DNA of 32,000 bases from Bellilinea caldifistulae (lineage in GTDB: Bacteria > Chloroflexota > Anaerolineae > Anaerolineales > Anaerolineaceae), in the NCBI RefSeq assembly GCF_001306055.1, contig NZ_LGHJ01000019.1, positions 210,001-242,000 on the forward strand, written 5' to 3'. The position numbers were made by a program, and so were the translations under genes. The first letter of the stretch is position 1. The number at the start of each line of letters is the position of its first letter. The notes under the pieces are model-generated. The model was not told where the DNA came from and ran no database searches. It worked only from the letters and a program-made list of their open reading frames with translations. Below, piece by piece: positions 1 through 10,381 of this stretch.

Positions 1-113
1 TATCCACTTCCGTACCCCCAAAAGATACGGTCACCCCACGCCCACGTACCAATTCCGATTTCGACATTTTCAAAGACCGGCATTGTGTTCAGTTGGACTG
101 AATGTTCGCTCAT
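1..113 (-). CDS. Aldo/keto reductase, N-terminal fragment (gene runs off the window start)
   Basis: A minus-strand ATG at 113 opens a frame that stays open to position 1. It translates MSEHSVQLNTMPVFENVEIGIGTWAWGDRIFWGYGSG. The IGxGTWxxG block is the typical AKR N-terminus. Only 37 codons are visible. Confidence 0.5.
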   Translation of the reverse strand, partial: MSEHSVQLNTMPVFENVEIGIGTWAWGDRIFWGYGSG

Positions 114-139
114 CGTTTTTTTCCGTGTTTTTTTAGATT

Positions 140-2338
140 TTATCTACGAATCACCGGCAGGTAAAGGCGTTCAGCGGACTGATCGGTTTCCACAATTACC
201 GTGTTAGACGGTGGGCTTTCCCCCTCATGCAAATCATAAGCCCTTGCCCATATTCGCCAGCGTCCCTTGATTGGGAGGATCAGCACGGCCGAGTTGCGCA
301 TGCTCACATCCACCCAGCCGATTGGTCCGCCCTCCTCCGGTTGATAGTACAAACGGTAACCAACCACATCGTTTTCGGGATTTTCTTTCCAGCGCAGGCG
401 GGCGATTGCACCGCTCACCATCACCACTTGCAGGTCAAGCGGAGCGGAGGGCGGTTGGTAATACAATTGCGCCTGATTTTCCACAAACCCGCCGTCCGTC
501 CAAACCTGTGTTGAGCAGTCATCTCCCCCACCAAACAGGATACCGACATAGCCAGCCTGCCACAGATCTTGTGGATGATGAAAAAGGTATGCCGCCCGAT
601 TATCCCGGTAATTTTGACAGGTGTCGTTCAAATCCATGTTGCCGACCGGCACCTGCCACAAGAGCAGCCGTTTGTTCAACTGCTGAGCGAGTAAATGCCC
701 CCACAAGATAGCCCGGTTTGGTCGGGGCAGTTCGGCATCACGGTCATCCCACCATGGGCGGATGCCGCGCCCGGCGTCCCGATCAGACCATTCCACCGTA
801 ATCAAATCGGCACGCTCGGCGCCCATTTTGCGCATAAAACCAGCGGTGCGTCGGACATACTCCGTCAGGTCAGGCAGGCTTGCCAGCATCGGATCGCGGT
901 TTACACCCCACATGGAGACCATTGGGGCAACCAGTGCATTCGGCGCACGGCTGTGGATCAGGTCAATGATATACTGTCCGAAGCCAGAAAGCGTATTGCT
1001 ATAACCGGTTTTATTTAAAGCCACTATGAATGAATCGGGGTCATCCGGTCGCACCCCTTCCGGTGGACTGTCAGAGTTACTGAGTTGCTGCATAAAACCG
1101 TAAAAATCCGGTTCAATGACAAAAATTACCGGCTGCTGACCATTTGCTTCATCAAGCGCTCTTTCGAGGCTTTGGAGATAATTCTCCACAACTTGCGGAT
1201 TTTTCAATCTTTCGGCATAGGCCGCAGCGTTTTCGTTACCGCCTGTTGCCCCCAGCATCATATAGACCGTAACAACCGGGACAAATCCATTATTCCATGA
1301 ATGTTGTACAAACCGTTTCACGAAGTTGCCGCCCCACCCTTCCCATCCCCAGGTGATATACTGATAAACATAACTCCACGGCAGACCGGTATTTTTCTGC
1401 CAGTCATCCGCCGGGTTCTCGCTCCACGCATTGCTCCCCCATCCCAGTTTTTGCGGCAATGCAGCCGGCAGTGGACTGCTGAAATCTCCCAGCGCGGATA
1501 ATACCCCCAAATAACGGGTGGAAACATTCTCATCGCGGTCCGTCGCTCGAATAAAAAGACCGATTTCACGTCCCGCCAGTTGAGCCGGAAGAACAAACGC
1601 CGCCCCAAAAACGCCGTCATTTGCCTCCTCATCATTGTTCAGGCCGTCGTCCAGCAACGGTACAGATTGCCAGTTCTCCCAATCGCTTTCCAGACTCACC
1701 TGCCCAATCGTATCACTTCCTTGCGGGTCATTCACCTCAGCCCGAACCACCAGCAGACTGGAACCAGCCCTGATGGAATGAGAACGATATTCCGCGTTCA
1801 AAATCTGCGGGGCATTCGCCGAAACACTTCCCACAAACTTGATCTCATCGAAATAAACCGTAACTCCAGTTTGATCACTGGCATTTTGCCAGTTGAGCCG
1901 GCTAATTTTGCGGTTGTCCGGGTTAAGATCGCTCAGCCGTATCTCAACCTTTTGCCATTGATTGGCTTTCGCCGTGAACGGTACGCGTGGCCCTTCATTA
2001 CCGTCCTCGAAATTGACAAAGAACCACAGCGGTTTATCCGCTCCTGCACCACCGTGAACAAAGAACTGAAGATAGGTTTTTCCCAAAAGAGGAACGTAAG
2101 CCTTGTAGAAAGAAAGTCCTCCCCAGCCCTCATAGATTACTTGAATACTGCGGCTGCCGGCAAAAACTGCCGCCGTAGAGTTCAATTCTACGCTACCGCC
2201 CCACGACCAGTTCAACCAGTTCTCCGCCAGTTGATCGTCATATACGATCAATTCATCCACACTCCCCTGTGCAAGCGCGCTAGAAGGGAAAACCGCCGTG
2301 AGAATAGCAAAAATGGCAACAATCCTCATCCATTTCAT
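140..2338 (-). CDS. Secreted multidomain protein: signal peptide, CBM-like N-domain, glycosidase-like central region, C-terminal fibronectin type III domain
   Basis: 732-aa ORF. The N-terminus MKWMRIVAIFAILTAVFPSSALA-QG looks like a Sec signal peptide. A Trp/Gly-rich beta-sandwich-like segment follows (NWLNWSWGG...GWGGLSF). The C-terminus PSAPLDLQVV...LRWKENPENDVVGYRLYY...ESPPSNTV looks like FN3. The catalytic family is not assignable by eye. Confidence 0.65.
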   Translation of the reverse strand: MKWMRIVAIFAILTAVFPSSALAQGSVDELIVYDDQLAENWLNWSWGGSVELNSTAAVFAGSRSIQVIYEGWGGLSFYKAYVPLLGKTYLQFFVHGGAGADKPLWFFVNFEDGNEGPRVPFTAKANQWQKVEIRLSDLNPDNRKISRLNWQNASDQTGVTVYFDEIKFVGSVSANAPQILNAEYRSHSIRAGSSLLVVRAEVNDPQGSDTIGQVSLESDWENWQSVPLLDDGLNNDEEANDGVFGAAFVLPAQLAGREIGLFIRATDRDENVSTRYLGVLSALGDFSSPLPAALPQKLGWGSNAWSENPADDWQKNTGLPWSYVYQYITWGWEGWGGNFVKRFVQHSWNNGFVPVVTVYMMLGATGGNENAAAYAERLKNPQVVENYLQSLERALDEANGQQPVIFVIEPDFYGFMQQLSNSDSPPEGVRPDDPDSFIVALNKTGYSNTLSGFGQYIIDLIHSRAPNALVAPMVSMWGVNRDPMLASLPDLTEYVRRTAGFMRKMGAERADLITVEWSDRDAGRGIRPWWDDRDAELPRPNRAILWGHLLAQQLNKRLLLWQVPVGNMDLNDTCQNYRDNRAAYLFHHPQDLWQAGYVGILFGGGDDCSTQVWTDGGFVENQAQLYYQPPSAPLDLQVVMVSGAIARLRWKENPENDVVGYRLYYQPEEGGPIGWVDVSMRNSAVLILPIKGRWRIWARAYDLHEGESPPSNTVIVETDQSAERLYLPVIRR

Positions 2339-2511
2339 TACAAGGTTATTTTAGATTGTCCATCCACCCATTTCAAGCCACAAAATTGAAAAGCGTGTAG
2401 GTATCTTCGTCTTATGTCTGTTCTTTTGGTAGAATTACCTTCATCAGGCAGTTTTTCCCGCAGATAGAACATGCAGGGCTGTGTACAACACCTCCCATTC
2501 AGAAAGTTCAA

Positions 2512-5085
2512 ATGAGCGAAGACGTTACTCCCATCCGTCAACAGTACCTCGAAATCAAGCGCCAGTACCCCCATGCTATTCTCTTCTTCCGCCTGGGGGA
2601 TTTTTACGAAACTTTCGATCAGGATGCCGAAATCACCGCCCGCGAGCTGGACATCGTCCTCACCTCGCGCAATGTCGCAAAAGGCAGCCGCGTGCCGATG
2701 GCTGGTATTCCCTATCACGCCGTTGAAAACTATCTGGCACGCCTGATCGAAAAAGGTTACCATGTGGCCATCTGCGAGCAGGTCGGAGATCAACCTACGC
2801 GCGGTTTGTTCCCTCGCGAGGTTGTCCGCGTGGTTACGCCCGGTACAATCATTGAGCCAACCTTACTCAAAGGCGATCGCAACAATTATCTGGCGGGGCT
2901 CGTCATCCAGGATAACCATGCCGGAATTGCCTACGTGGATATCACCACCGGTGAATTTCTGGCAACCGAATTGACCGACGGCGATGCCGAAAGTGCACTG
3001 CGCGCCGAACTAATCCGTTTACAACCCGCCGAAATCATCCTCCCGGAAGGGATTGATCTCAACCACAACCTGCCGGGGCACATCACCCGCTGGCAGGCAT
3101 GGCGCTTTGAAAGCGGCCGTTGTCAGGAAACTCTCTTGCGCCACTTTGAAGTGGCTTCTCTGGACGGATTTGGCCTGCGCGGCAAGCCGCTTGCCATCCG
3201 TGCCGCCGGCGCAATTCTCCAATATCTTCAGGAAACCCAACCGGCTGCCCTGCGCTTGCTCAATCGAATTGCCACCTACACTCTCAACGATTTCATGGTG
3301 CTGGATGCAGCCACTCGCCGCAACCTTGAATTAACCGAGACCATCCGCAGCGGGAGTACGGAGGGCTCATTATTGAGCGTTCTGGATCACACTGTAACCC
3401 CCATGGGAAAACGCATGATTCGTCAGTGGGTCAGCAAACCCCTTCTGGACATTCGCGCCATTCAACGCCGTCAGGAGCGGATTGCCGAGTTGTTGGAAGA
3501 TGGCATGCTGCGCAGCGAGTTGCGTGCAGCCTTGCGCCCGCTGGTTGACCTCGAACGTTTGACCAATCGGGTGGTTTCCGGCCACGCCACCCCCCGCGAT
3601 CTGGTCAGCCTGCGTGCTACTCTGCGATTATTGCCCCACATCCGTCAATTGATTCCCTCACATCTGCCGCACCTCTCCGCCCTGCTGCAAAATCTGTACG
3701 ACTGTCCGGAAGTCCTCCAACTTCTGGAAGCGGCCATCAGCGATGACCCACCGGCGACGTTACAGAATAGCGGAGTCATCCGCCGCGGTTATTCGGCTGA
3801 ACTGGATTCGGTCATTGACTCTTCCGCTCATGCCCGTGAGTGGATTTCGCAGCTGGAAGAGGTGGAACGCCAACGAACGGGAATAAAAACCCTTAAGGTG
3901 GGTTACAACAAAGTCTTTGGCTATTACATTGAAATTTCTCGTGGAGCGGCCCATCTTGCACCGGCCGAGTACATTCGTAAACAAACGCTGGTGAACGCCG
4001 AACGGTTTATCACCCCTGAAATGAAGGAATATGAAGCGCTGGTACTGAATGCGGAGGATCGTATCCGTGAAATTGAAAACCGCCTTTTTCAACAAATCTG
4101 TCAGCAAATTGCCAAAGCCGCTCCCCAACTACTCACCAGCGCCGCCACCCTTGCCGAACTGGATACCCTCACCTCACTGGCCGAAGCGGCTGCCGTTGGG
4201 GAGTATTGCCGCCCACAATTGACCGAGGATCATACGCTCGATATTCGCGATGGACGCCACCCCGTCGTTGAGCGAACACTGATTGGTGAACGATTTGTGC
4301 CCAATGACGCCGTCTTTGAAACCGGTGAAATCGTTCGTATCATCACCGGCCCGAACATGAGCGGCAAGTCCACTTTCTTGCGGCAGGTTGCCTTGATCGT
4401 TCTCATGGCGCAGATTGGCAGTTTTGTACCAGCCCGTCAGGCTACGATTGGGTTGGTGGATCGCATTTTTACCCGAATCGGTGCCCAGGATGAGATCCAC
4501 GCCGGTCAGTCCACCTTCATGGTCGAAATGGTCGAAACTGCCAATATTCTGCATCACGCCACCCACCGCAGTCTGCTGATTTTGGATGAAATTGGGCGCG
4601 GTACCAGCACCTACGATGGGCTTTCCATCGCATGGTCTGTGGTGGAGTACATCCATAATCACCCGCGTCTGCGGGCACGCACGTTGTTTGCCACCCACTA
4701 TCATGAATTAACTCAGTTAGGCGACTTGCTGCCCGGCGTCCGCAATTACAATGTTGCAGTCAGTGAGTCCGAGGGAAAAGTAATTTTCCTGCATAAAATC
4801 GTCCCAGGCGGCGCTGACCGGTCTTACGGCATTCATGTCGCACAACTGGCCGGACTGCCACAGGCGGTTGTCCAACGCGCTGCAGAGATTTTGCGTCAAT
4901 TAGAAGCCTCGGCCGGTAAAGCCGTTCGGATTGACCCCCTGGCCGCCCGGCAAATTGCCCTTTTCCCAGAGACCAATCCCCTGCTCGATGAATTGAAAAA
5001 ACTGGACATCAACAATCTCTCGCCCATCGAGGCGCTCAATAAGCTTTACGAATGGCAGCGTAAATTTTTGGAAAAAGACGGTTAA
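2512..5085 (+). CDS. mutS: DNA mismatch repair protein MutS
   Basis: 857 aa. N-terminal mismatch-binding block TPIRQQYLEIKRQYPHAILFFRLGDFYETF. Walker A ITGPNMSGKSTFLRQ. Also DEIGRGTSTYDGLSIAW and FATHYHELT. Full length, canonical domain order. Confidence 0.97.
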   Translation: MSEDVTPIRQQYLEIKRQYPHAILFFRLGDFYETFDQDAEITARELDIVLTSRNVAKGSRVPMAGIPYHAVENYLARLIEKGYHVAICEQVGDQPTRGLFPREVVRVVTPGTIIEPTLLKGDRNNYLAGLVIQDNHAGIAYVDITTGEFLATELTDGDAESALRAELIRLQPAEIILPEGIDLNHNLPGHITRWQAWRFESGRCQETLLRHFEVASLDGFGLRGKPLAIRAAGAILQYLQETQPAALRLLNRIATYTLNDFMVLDAATRRNLELTETIRSGSTEGSLLSVLDHTVTPMGKRMIRQWVSKPLLDIRAIQRRQERIAELLEDGMLRSELRAALRPLVDLERLTNRVVSGHATPRDLVSLRATLRLLPHIRQLIPSHLPHLSALLQNLYDCPEVLQLLEAAISDDPPATLQNSGVIRRGYSAELDSVIDSSAHAREWISQLEEVERQRTGIKTLKVGYNKVFGYYIEISRGAAHLAPAEYIRKQTLVNAERFITPEMKEYEALVLNAEDRIREIENRLFQQICQQIAKAAPQLLTSAATLAELDTLTSLAEAAAVGEYCRPQLTEDHTLDIRDGRHPVVERTLIGERFVPNDAVFETGEIVRIITGPNMSGKSTFLRQVALIVLMAQIGSFVPARQATIGLVDRIFTRIGAQDEIHAGQSTFMVEMVETANILHHATHRSLLILDEIGRGTSTYDGLSIAWSVVEYIHNHPRLRARTLFATHYHELTQLGDLLPGVRNYNVAVSESEGKVIFLHKIVPGGADRSYGIHVAQLAGLPQAVVQRAAEILRQLEASAGKAVRIDPLAARQIALFPETNPLLDELKKLDINNLSPIEALNKLYEWQRKFLEKDG

Positions 5086-5086
5086 T

Positions 5087-6538
5087 TCAAAAACGCTCAA
5101 TATCTGTTTGAACAAATGGGAAGGATAACTGCTCGTAACGCAGCCTTTCGATATGTTTCATGAATACCTGATCGCCGCGCAGGTTGGAGCGCCAGGATCG
5201 CACTTCTGAAAGGCGTTCTTTTGCGGCCTGAATCAGGTCAATACCACCCGCTTCACGCAACCACCAAACCGCCTGCGCCGCGCTGGTGACGACGATCCGC
5301 GGTTCAATCCGGTCAAAATCTTCAAAGAACCAGCCGCAAGAAGTGAACATTCGTTGTTTATAAAGCTGCGCTCTTAATAGCAAGTCAATCCGCCGGATCT
5401 CTGATTCTTCCAGATCATTCTTTAACTCGCGTTGAATTAATTCCCGTACCGAAACTTTACCGTGCAAAACCTCAATGTAGGCATACAGCAGTTCCCAGAC
5501 TTCTTTTGCGTAAGGGGAAACCGCCTTAACAAATTCCTTATCAACCTGATCGGCAATCCAATCTAACCCTTGACGCAGTTTCATCTTCCAATCCCCGTTC
5601 GGAGCGCACGGACAGGCCTCTTTCCAGCGGGCAACCCCATGATGACAGCTCCAGGATGTGTTTTCGCGAATTCGAACGGAGCGGTTGGGGGAATACTGTC
5701 TCAACCACAACCCCGGATAGGTAAATTGTATCAACCGCGGGTGAGTGAAATCCCGGTGAGTCAGGTAATACAAAAACTTATCTCGAAACGGCTGGTGATG
5801 GCCGTACAATTCGCCATCTGACGCAATGATGTATAACTTAGCCTCATCCGTTGGATGGCCATTGGCAGAAAGGCGCGGCACGATAAAGTCCGTCATAAAC
5901 CGATCCCCGTTAGAGGTTGCAGCCGGGTCGAAACTGACCCGCATACTCAATTCGGCTTCGTAGAAAAAGACGGTAAGACGGCGTCCTTCATCCAATTCCA
6001 CCCAGTACGGCAACCCCACATCAATTTGGGCATCTTCGGCCTGCCAGGGGGCAAGAATGGTGAACTCAATCCCCTGATCGGCCAGTATTTGCAGGGTTTC
6101 CCGGTCCACGGCTGCTTCGGGTAACCACAAACCGGCTGGCGAATGACCAAAACGATGCTGAAAATCGGCGATCCCCCAACGAATCTGGGTAATCTTATCA
6201 TGTCGTTTTGCCAGCGGTAAAATGGTGTGGTGATAAGGCTGGGCCATGCCGTTTCCAACCCCAAACCGCAGATAATTCCGCCTTTCCTGTTCAACAATGC
6301 GGGCAAAAGTGGCCGGGTCATACGAAATCATCCAGTTAATCAGGGTTGGGCCGAGATCAAAACTGATTTTTTCAAAGTTGCCTAATTCCGCATTGGGGCG
6401 ATAGCACTGGTCATGGATGCGTTCATTCCAGTTTCGATAAGGATGCGCTCCCGCTTCAACGGGAACCTCACCGGTCAGCGGATCTTCTCGCGCCGGTTGA
6501 TAATAATGACCATGGATACACACTGCTTTTTCGCTCAT
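5087..6538 (-). CDS. Glycoside hydrolase family 57 protein (GH57 with DUF3536-type C-terminal region)
   Basis: 483 aa. The N-terminus CIHGHYYQPAREDP...PYRNWNERIHDQCYRPNA...ISFDLGPTLINWM matches the conserved GH57 signature as I recall it (HGHFYQPPRE...WNERI...NFGPTL). Its start abuts the stop of the upstream SDR gene with a 0-nt gap. Confidence 0.85.
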   Translation of the reverse strand: MSEKAVCIHGHYYQPAREDPLTGEVPVEAGAHPYRNWNERIHDQCYRPNAELGNFEKISFDLGPTLINWMISYDPATFARIVEQERRNYLRFGVGNGMAQPYHHTILPLAKRHDKITQIRWGIADFQHRFGHSPAGLWLPEAAVDRETLQILADQGIEFTILAPWQAEDAQIDVGLPYWVELDEGRRLTVFFYEAELSMRVSFDPAATSNGDRFMTDFIVPRLSANGHPTDEAKLYIIASDGELYGHHQPFRDKFLYYLTHRDFTHPRLIQFTYPGLWLRQYSPNRSVRIRENTSWSCHHGVARWKEACPCAPNGDWKMKLRQGLDWIADQVDKEFVKAVSPYAKEVWELLYAYIEVLHGKVSVRELIQRELKNDLEESEIRRIDLLLRAQLYKQRMFTSCGWFFEDFDRIEPRIVVTSAAQAVWWLREAGGIDLIQAAKERLSEVRSWRSNLRGDQVFMKHIERLRYEQLSFPFVQTDIERF

Positions 6539-7495
6539 CTATAAAACAAAACCTCTTCTTCGGCTTGATTGTTTACTTGATGGTGTCAGGTAATCCAGCT
6601 GACGGTAAAAACGGGCTGGCAGTATTCCAAAAGTACGTGGGATCGAATCCAGTAAAGTTGTCCGGTCAACGGCAAGGTAATCCAGCCAGTAAATTGAAAC
6701 CGGAAAACCGGGAATTTGATCGGCAAGCAAAGCCAGCAGACGTAATGTTGGTGGTGAAACACTCCAAAACCGTCTCTGGATTCCCATCGCTTCCATGAGG
6801 TAAACCAGAATCTGACGGAAGGTAAGTGCCTCTAACCCGCCAATCGAAATCGTTTGACCGATCAAATCCTCTCGCTCAATGGCTAACGCCAGACAATTGA
6901 CCAGATCCTCAATCCAAACCGGTTGAAGCAGGGAACTGCCTCCTCCCGGAATCATCACAAAAGCCGGCGATAAGCGCAGCAACCGCGAAAAGGCAGTGGT
7001 AAATTGATCACCCGGCCCAAAAATAACGGCCGAACGGACAATGGTGTAATTCAACCCAGAGCGGATCAAGATGTTCTCCGCCAGTCCTTTGGCACGCAAA
7101 AGCGGATAAGCCGATACCTGATCAGCTCCCAGATGGCTGAGATAAAGAATGCGTTGGATGCCGGCCTGTTTGGCAGCGTTGACCAACCCCTGCGTGCCAA
7201 GTACATCAACTTCGGTCAGGTTTGCCCGCCCACTCTGCCGTTCACCGCCCGCCAGATGAATGACCGTATCCACGCCGCGCATGGCTGCGCGTAAACCACG
7301 TTCATCCCGCAGGCTGCACACAGCCGCATCTACTGAAACTCCACGCGGAAGTTGGGGAGAAACCCTGGAAGGACGCAACAAAATCCGCACTGTTTTGCCG
7401 GAGGCAATCAGGTGTTGGACAAGAGCTTTACCAACAAAACCGGTACCACCGGTTACAAGGATCATGACTGGTTGAATTATAGCAGAATTGTCCAT
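6539..7495 (-). CDS. NAD(P)-binding SDR / NAD-dependent epimerase-dehydratase family protein (NDUFA9/NmrA-like)
   Basis: 318 aa. Rossmann motif ILVTGGTGFVGKALVQHL at the N-terminus and atypical-SDR length. It sits directly upstream of GH57 on the same strand, so they are probably an operon. Confidence 0.8.
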   Translation of the reverse strand: MDNSAIIQPVMILVTGGTGFVGKALVQHLIASGKTVRILLRPSRVSPQLPRGVSVDAAVCSLRDERGLRAAMRGVDTVIHLAGGERQSGRANLTEVDVLGTQGLVNAAKQAGIQRILYLSHLGADQVSAYPLLRAKGLAENILIRSGLNYTIVRSAVIFGPGDQFTTAFSRLLRLSPAFVMIPGGGSSLLQPVWIEDLVNCLALAIEREDLIGQTISIGGLEALTFRQILVYLMEAMGIQRRFWSVSPPTLRLLALLADQIPGFPVSIYWLDYLAVDRTTLLDSIPRTFGILPARFYRQLDYLTPSSKQSSRRRGFVL

Positions 7496-7601
7496 TTTTA
7501 TCGGTGCAAACCCTGTTCAAGTTCAGGCTTCAAGTGGCATGGAACTTGCATTTTATGCCATCAATCCCACCTGTTTTGATGGATGACCGGAAAATAGAAC
7601 C

Positions 7602-8915
7602 ATGAACTCAAATACCCAATCTCCCCAAACCTCCCGCCAGAAACTCGGTTTTCATTATTTCCCGGATACCCTCCATTACACAGAAAAAGACTTACAGCAA
7701 TGGTTGCCGTTGTTAATGGATTTGGGTGTGGGCTGGATGGTCCTCCGTACGGAAATCAACCGCGCTATTCCAGAGTATTTCATCAGTGGTCTGCTTAAAG
7801 CCGGTATCCAGCCGGTGATTCAATTCCCGGTCAGCCTGCAAAGCCCGCCCGATTTGAGGGCCGTTTCGCCGTTGGTGGAAGCCTATTCCGCTTGGGGCGC
7901 CGTCTTTCATCAATATTTTGACCGTCCCAACATTCATCAATCCTGGCCGGCCAACCAATGGGCTCAGCAAGATCTGGTCGAACGATTTTTGGATCGCTAC
8001 CTGCCGCTGGCGGCTTTGAGCATGGAAGCCGGTGCTTTTCCAATTTTTCCTCCTCTGGAACCGGGCGGTAACTTTTGGGATACGACCTTCCTGCGAGCTT
8101 CTTTACAGGCAATCGAGCGCCGAAAGGAATCTGCCCTACTCGATCGCTTGATCCTTGCCGTTTATGGCTGGACTTTTCAACATCCTTTGAACTGGGGGGA
8201 AGGCGGCCCGGAAAATTGGCCAGAAGCACGCCCTTACTTTACCCCGCCACACTCACAAGACCAGCGCGGTTTCCGGGCTTTCGATTGGTACAGTGCGATC
8301 AGCGAGGCTGTTCTTCAAAAACGCTGTCCGATGATTCTTCTTCAGGCAGGTTTGCCAGCTTCTCCTGAAAAACTTCTTTCAGGTCTTCAAAATACACCAG
8401 AAGTTCAGCAAAACCTTTTGGAAATCATCAACAGCCTGAATACATCTTCAAAAACACCATTGGAAAACAAACCCGCATCCCTTCATTTGCCAGAAGAAAT
8501 CATCAGCGTTAACTTCTGGTTGTTGAGCGCTGATCAAGGTACCCCATCTTACGCCTTTGCATGGTTTGAAGAATCTCAACCGGTTTCCAAAGCAGCCTCT
8601 CATCTTTGTCAGCTGAAAAATGTTCCAATCATTCGCCCGAACATTCATGGAATCCTTGATGAAGACTCTCTTCGAAAAGCGATTCGTCCCCTTCAGCATT
8701 ATCTTTACCTTGGGGAGAACAAAGAAGCCCACCTTGTGTCAGTTTTCCAAAAACACGCCGGTTTCATCTCGCAATACCATCCCACCATCGGTTTTTCACT
8801 GGATGAAGCCCGGTTGGCAAATCGCATTACCCTGGCAGTGACACCCGATCAGGTGCCCGAGGATATTTTGGTTGCCTTGCAAAAACAAGGCTGCCAGATT
8901 GACTGGTTGGAATGA
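7602..8915 (+). CDS. Hypothetical protein, possible TIM-barrel glycosidase-like N-terminal half
   Basis: 437-aa ORF filling the gap between the divergent SDR gene and ftsZ. I recognise no diagnostic motif. There is weak resemblance to the N-terminal part of the 10606..11724 product. Confidence 0.55.
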   Translation: MNSNTQSPQTSRQKLGFHYFPDTLHYTEKDLQQWLPLLMDLGVGWMVLRTEINRAIPEYFISGLLKAGIQPVIQFPVSLQSPPDLRAVSPLVEAYSAWGAVFHQYFDRPNIHQSWPANQWAQQDLVERFLDRYLPLAALSMEAGAFPIFPPLEPGGNFWDTTFLRASLQAIERRKESALLDRLILAVYGWTFQHPLNWGEGGPENWPEARPYFTPPHSQDQRGFRAFDWYSAISEAVLQKRCPMILLQAGLPASPEKLLSGLQNTPEVQQNLLEIINSLNTSSKTPLENKPASLHLPEEIISVNFWLLSADQGTPSYAFAWFEESQPVSKAASHLCQLKNVPIIRPNIHGILDEDSLRKAIRPLQHYLYLGENKEAHLVSVFQKHAGFISQYHPTIGFSLDEARLANRITLAVTPDQVPEDILVALQKQGCQIDWLE

Positions 8916-8961
8916 GGCTGGCACGACTATTGCATCATCAGCAGAGAAGGAGCGGAAAACC

Positions 8962-10128
8962 ATGAACATGACCATTCATACCCCCACATCTCAATCATCA
9001 TCTCCTAGCGGATTGCACAAGCCTATTTTGAAAGTCATCGGCTTAGGCGGCGGCGGTTCCAATGCCATTAACCGCATGATTGAATTAGGAATCAATGGCG
9101 TTGAATTCATTGCAGCCAATACCGACGCCCAGGCCCTCAAAAACAGCCTTGCCCCCACCAAAATTCAACTTGGTCCACGCCTGACCAGAGGACTGGGTGC
9201 TGGTGGGGACTGGAAGATTGGGGAAGCCGCAGCCGAAGAAAGTTACAAAGAGTTGAACGCTGCCCTGGCTGGAGCGGATATGGTCTTTCTAACCGCCGGC
9301 ATGGGCGGAGGAACCGGCACCGGCGCAATTTCAATTGCTGCGCGGGTAGCCCGGGCTTTGGGTGCAGTGACCGTAGCAGTGGTAACCACACCGTTTGGCT
9401 TTGAAATTGGTCGCCGCCAGGTCAATGCCCGCGAAGGATTGGCACGCTTACGCCCCTACACCGATACCCTCATCACCATCCCCAATGACCGGCTGCTCAA
9501 AATCGCCTCGCGCGATTTGACGCTTGAAATGGCCTTCCGTCTGGCAGATGACGTATTGCGTCAGGGTATTCAAGGGATATCCGAATTAATCACGGAACCC
9601 GGCTTGATCAATGTGGATTTTGCCCATATCCGAACGGTGATGCAATCGGGCGGCGGTTCGCTGCTCTCGATTGGTTTTGGTCAGGGGGAACGCAAGGCTC
9701 AAAAAGCTATTGAACAGGCCCTTCACCATCCCCTCATTGATGACATCCACCTTGAAAATGTGTCCGGCATCATTGTCAATTTCACCGCCGGCTCTGACCT
9801 GACCTTTATGGAAGTCATGGAAGCCCTGACCGATTTACAGGAAAAGACCAGCAATCAGGCGGAAATTATCCCCGGTGTGATTACCGACGAGCGAATGGGA
9901 GATCGGGTTCAGGTAATAATGGTTTTGACGGGAATTGGGGCAACCCCAATCGAAGTACCCAAAATTACAACCCGGCCAGCCCAACAACCCGAAACGGTGA
10001 CTGCTGCCGCCCCCTCGCCCCGTTCCCTCCCGGTCATGGAGCGAGCTGAAGCAAGTCCAACCCAGGAACCTGCCACCATTCAAGCCGATCTGGATATTCC
10101 CGCATTCCTGCGCCGGCGGATTCGATAA
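8962..10128 (+). CDS. ftsZ: Cell division GTPase FtsZ
   Basis: Tubulin signature GGGTGTG, N-terminal KVIGLGGGGSNAINRM, and the C-terminal conserved peptide DLDIPAFLRRR. I chose the ATG at 8962 because it follows GAAGGAG (8946-8952) and avoids overlap with the preceding ORF. The track start at 8872 lies inside the upstream gene. Confidence 0.95.
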   Translation: MNMTIHTPTSQSSSPSGLHKPILKVIGLGGGGSNAINRMIELGINGVEFIAANTDAQALKNSLAPTKIQLGPRLTRGLGAGGDWKIGEAAAEESYKELNAALAGADMVFLTAGMGGGTGTGAISIAARVARALGAVTVAVVTTPFGFEIGRRQVNAREGLARLRPYTDTLITIPNDRLLKIASRDLTLEMAFRLADDVLRQGIQGISELITEPGLINVDFAHIRTVMQSGGGSLLSIGFGQGERKAQKAIEQALHHPLIDDIHLENVSGIIVNFTAGSDLTFMEVMEALTDLQEKTSNQAEIIPGVITDERMGDRVQVIMVLTGIGATPIEVPKITTRPAQQPETVTAAAPSPRSLPVMERAEASPTQEPATIQADLDIPAFLRRRIR

Positions 10129-10148
10129 ATCCCCCTAAGGAACACCCC

Positions 10149-10367
10149 ATGGATGCCAAAGTCCTTCAAAGTGTTTGCCGCCAGGTGTATCAAAAACACC
10201 CCGAAGTGCGCGGAGCAACTCCCAAAGTTAAACCTCAAACCAGGAGCACTTTTTTGTTGATCTTCGAGGGCAAAGGCACAACCGCCAACGGTCAAACGAT
10301 TCGGCATACCATTCGCGCCATTGTTACGGCTGATGGGAAAATCACCAAACTCACATCATCGCGCTAA
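10149..10367 (+). CDS. Small hypothetical protein (72 aa)
   Basis: ORF starting 21 nt after the ftsZ stop on the same strand. It has no competing ORF and no recognisable motif. Confidence 0.4.
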   Translation: MDAKVLQSVCRQVYQKHPEVRGATPKVKPQTRSTFLLIFEGKGTTANGQTIRHTIRAIVTADGKITKLTSSR

Positions 10368-10381
10368 TACGGAGATTACTG

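Noticed and set aside
1580-2389. 269-aa plus-strand ORF
   Set aside because: It lies entirely antisense to the 732-aa secreted-protein gene, which has a signal peptide and an FN3 domain. Its composition is Arg/Pro/Ile-rich and atypical of a real protein.
2338-2793. 151-aa minus-strand ORF spanning the mutS promoter region and 5' end
   Set aside because: Most of it is antisense to the strongly supported mutS N-terminus. It has no recognisable motif and looks like a shadow ORF.
4174-4704. 176-aa minus-strand ORF inside mutS
   Set aside because: It is antisense to the MutS ATPase domain (Walker A region), so it is a shadow ORF.
5083-5089. Convergent mutS and GH57 stop codons separated by a single nucleotide with no terminator hairpin
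   Set aside because: This is real but unremarkable in compact genomes. I saw no structure that suggests a functional element.
8872-8961. Upstream extension of ftsZ (track start at 8872)
   Set aside because: It would overlap the preceding ORF by 44 nt and add non-FtsZ-like sequence. The ATG at 8962 has a good GAAGGAG SD.
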